A DNA stretch of 64,000 nucleotides, taken from contig NC_092393.1 in assembly GCF_030028105.1 (NCBI RefSeq), positions 54,880,125 to 54,944,124 on the forward strand, in the 5' to 3' direction. Positions 63,300 through 64,000 of this stretch are shown piece by piece; the first letter of the stretch is position 1, and each line of letters opens with the position of its first letter. The DNA comes from Mobula birostris. Taxonomy: Eukaryota. A program made the position numbers and the translations under genes. The notes under the pieces are model-generated. The model was not told where the DNA came from, did no database searches, and was given only the letters and a program-made list of their open reading frames with translations.

Positions 63300-64000
63300 T
63301 GTGTGTTGCGACCTTTGGTTTCCATTTCAGTACGATGTCTGTGTGTTGAGGACTTTTGTCTGGTTTTCATTTCAGTACGATGTCTGTGTGTTGGGACCTT
63401 GTTTGATTTCCATTTCTGTACAATATCTGTGTGTTGGGATACTTGCCTGGTTTCCATTTCTGTACAATGTCTGTGTGTTGGGACATTTGCCTGGTTTCCA
63501 TTTCTGTACAATGTCTGTGTGTTGAGGACTTTAGTCTGGTTTTCATTTCAGTATGATGTCTGTGTGTTGGGACCTTGTTTGATTTCCATTTCAGTACTAT
63601 GTCTGTGTGTTGGGACCTTTGGTTTCCATTTCAATACGATGTCTGTGTGTTGAGGATCTTTGTCTGGTTTCCATTTCAATACGATGTCTGTGTGTTGAGG
63701 ATCTTTGTCTGGTTTCCATTTCAATACGATGTCTGTGTGTTGGAACCTTTGGTTTCCATTTCAATACGATGTCTGTGTGTTGAGGATCTTTGCCTGGTTT
63801 CCATTTCAATACGATGTCTGTGTGTTGAGGATCTTTGTCTGGTTTTCATTTCAGTACGATGTCTGTGTGTTGGGACCTTGTTTGATTTCCATTTCAGTAC
63901 TATGTCTGTGTGTTGGGACCTTTGGTTTCCATTTCAATACGATGTCTGTGTGTTGAGGATCTTTGTCTGGTTTCCATTTCAGTACGATGTCTGTGTGTTG
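63300..64000. repeat. 40-45-bp satellite-like tandem array running off the window end
   Basis: Unit tgtctgtgtgttgaggatctttgtctggtttccatttcaatacga, with 40-, 44- and 45-bp variants. Confidence 0.95.

Overview
Repeat-dense vertebrate genomic DNA. I infer a cartilaginous fish, probably a ray, from the CR1, Rex/Babar and Penelope repeat families and the fish-type SGSH. Three host genes can be read. (1) NPB (prepro-neuropeptide B) is complete on the minus strand: 2 coding exons, 13918-13652 and 9977-9849, 131 aa. (2) SGSH (N-sulfoglucosamine sulfohydrolase) is complete on the minus strand: 8 coding exons from 54766 to 33043, 1533 nt / 510 aa, all introns GT-AG, with the CSPSR formylglycine motif. 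(3) The first coding exon of SLC26A11 (60781-60966, plus strand) lies head-to-head with SGSH. The rest is mostly nested CR1 and Rex/Babar LINE fragments, Penelope-like elements and their short derivatives, tRNA-SINEs, hAT and Tc1-type DNA transposon remnants, and at least six minisatellites. I cannot demonstrate a wholly new system. The best leads are: a family of short Penelope-derived inserts carrying minimal hammerhead-ribozyme motifs, with one intact copy in sense orientation inside the NPB intron; a near-perfect 47-bp palindrome holding two CLEAR/M-box-like E-boxes in the SGSH/SLC26A11 bidirectional promoter; and SGSH splice acceptors that appear to be rebuilt from retrotransposon sequence. 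Repeat boundaries are approximate unless a TSD or TIR is cited.
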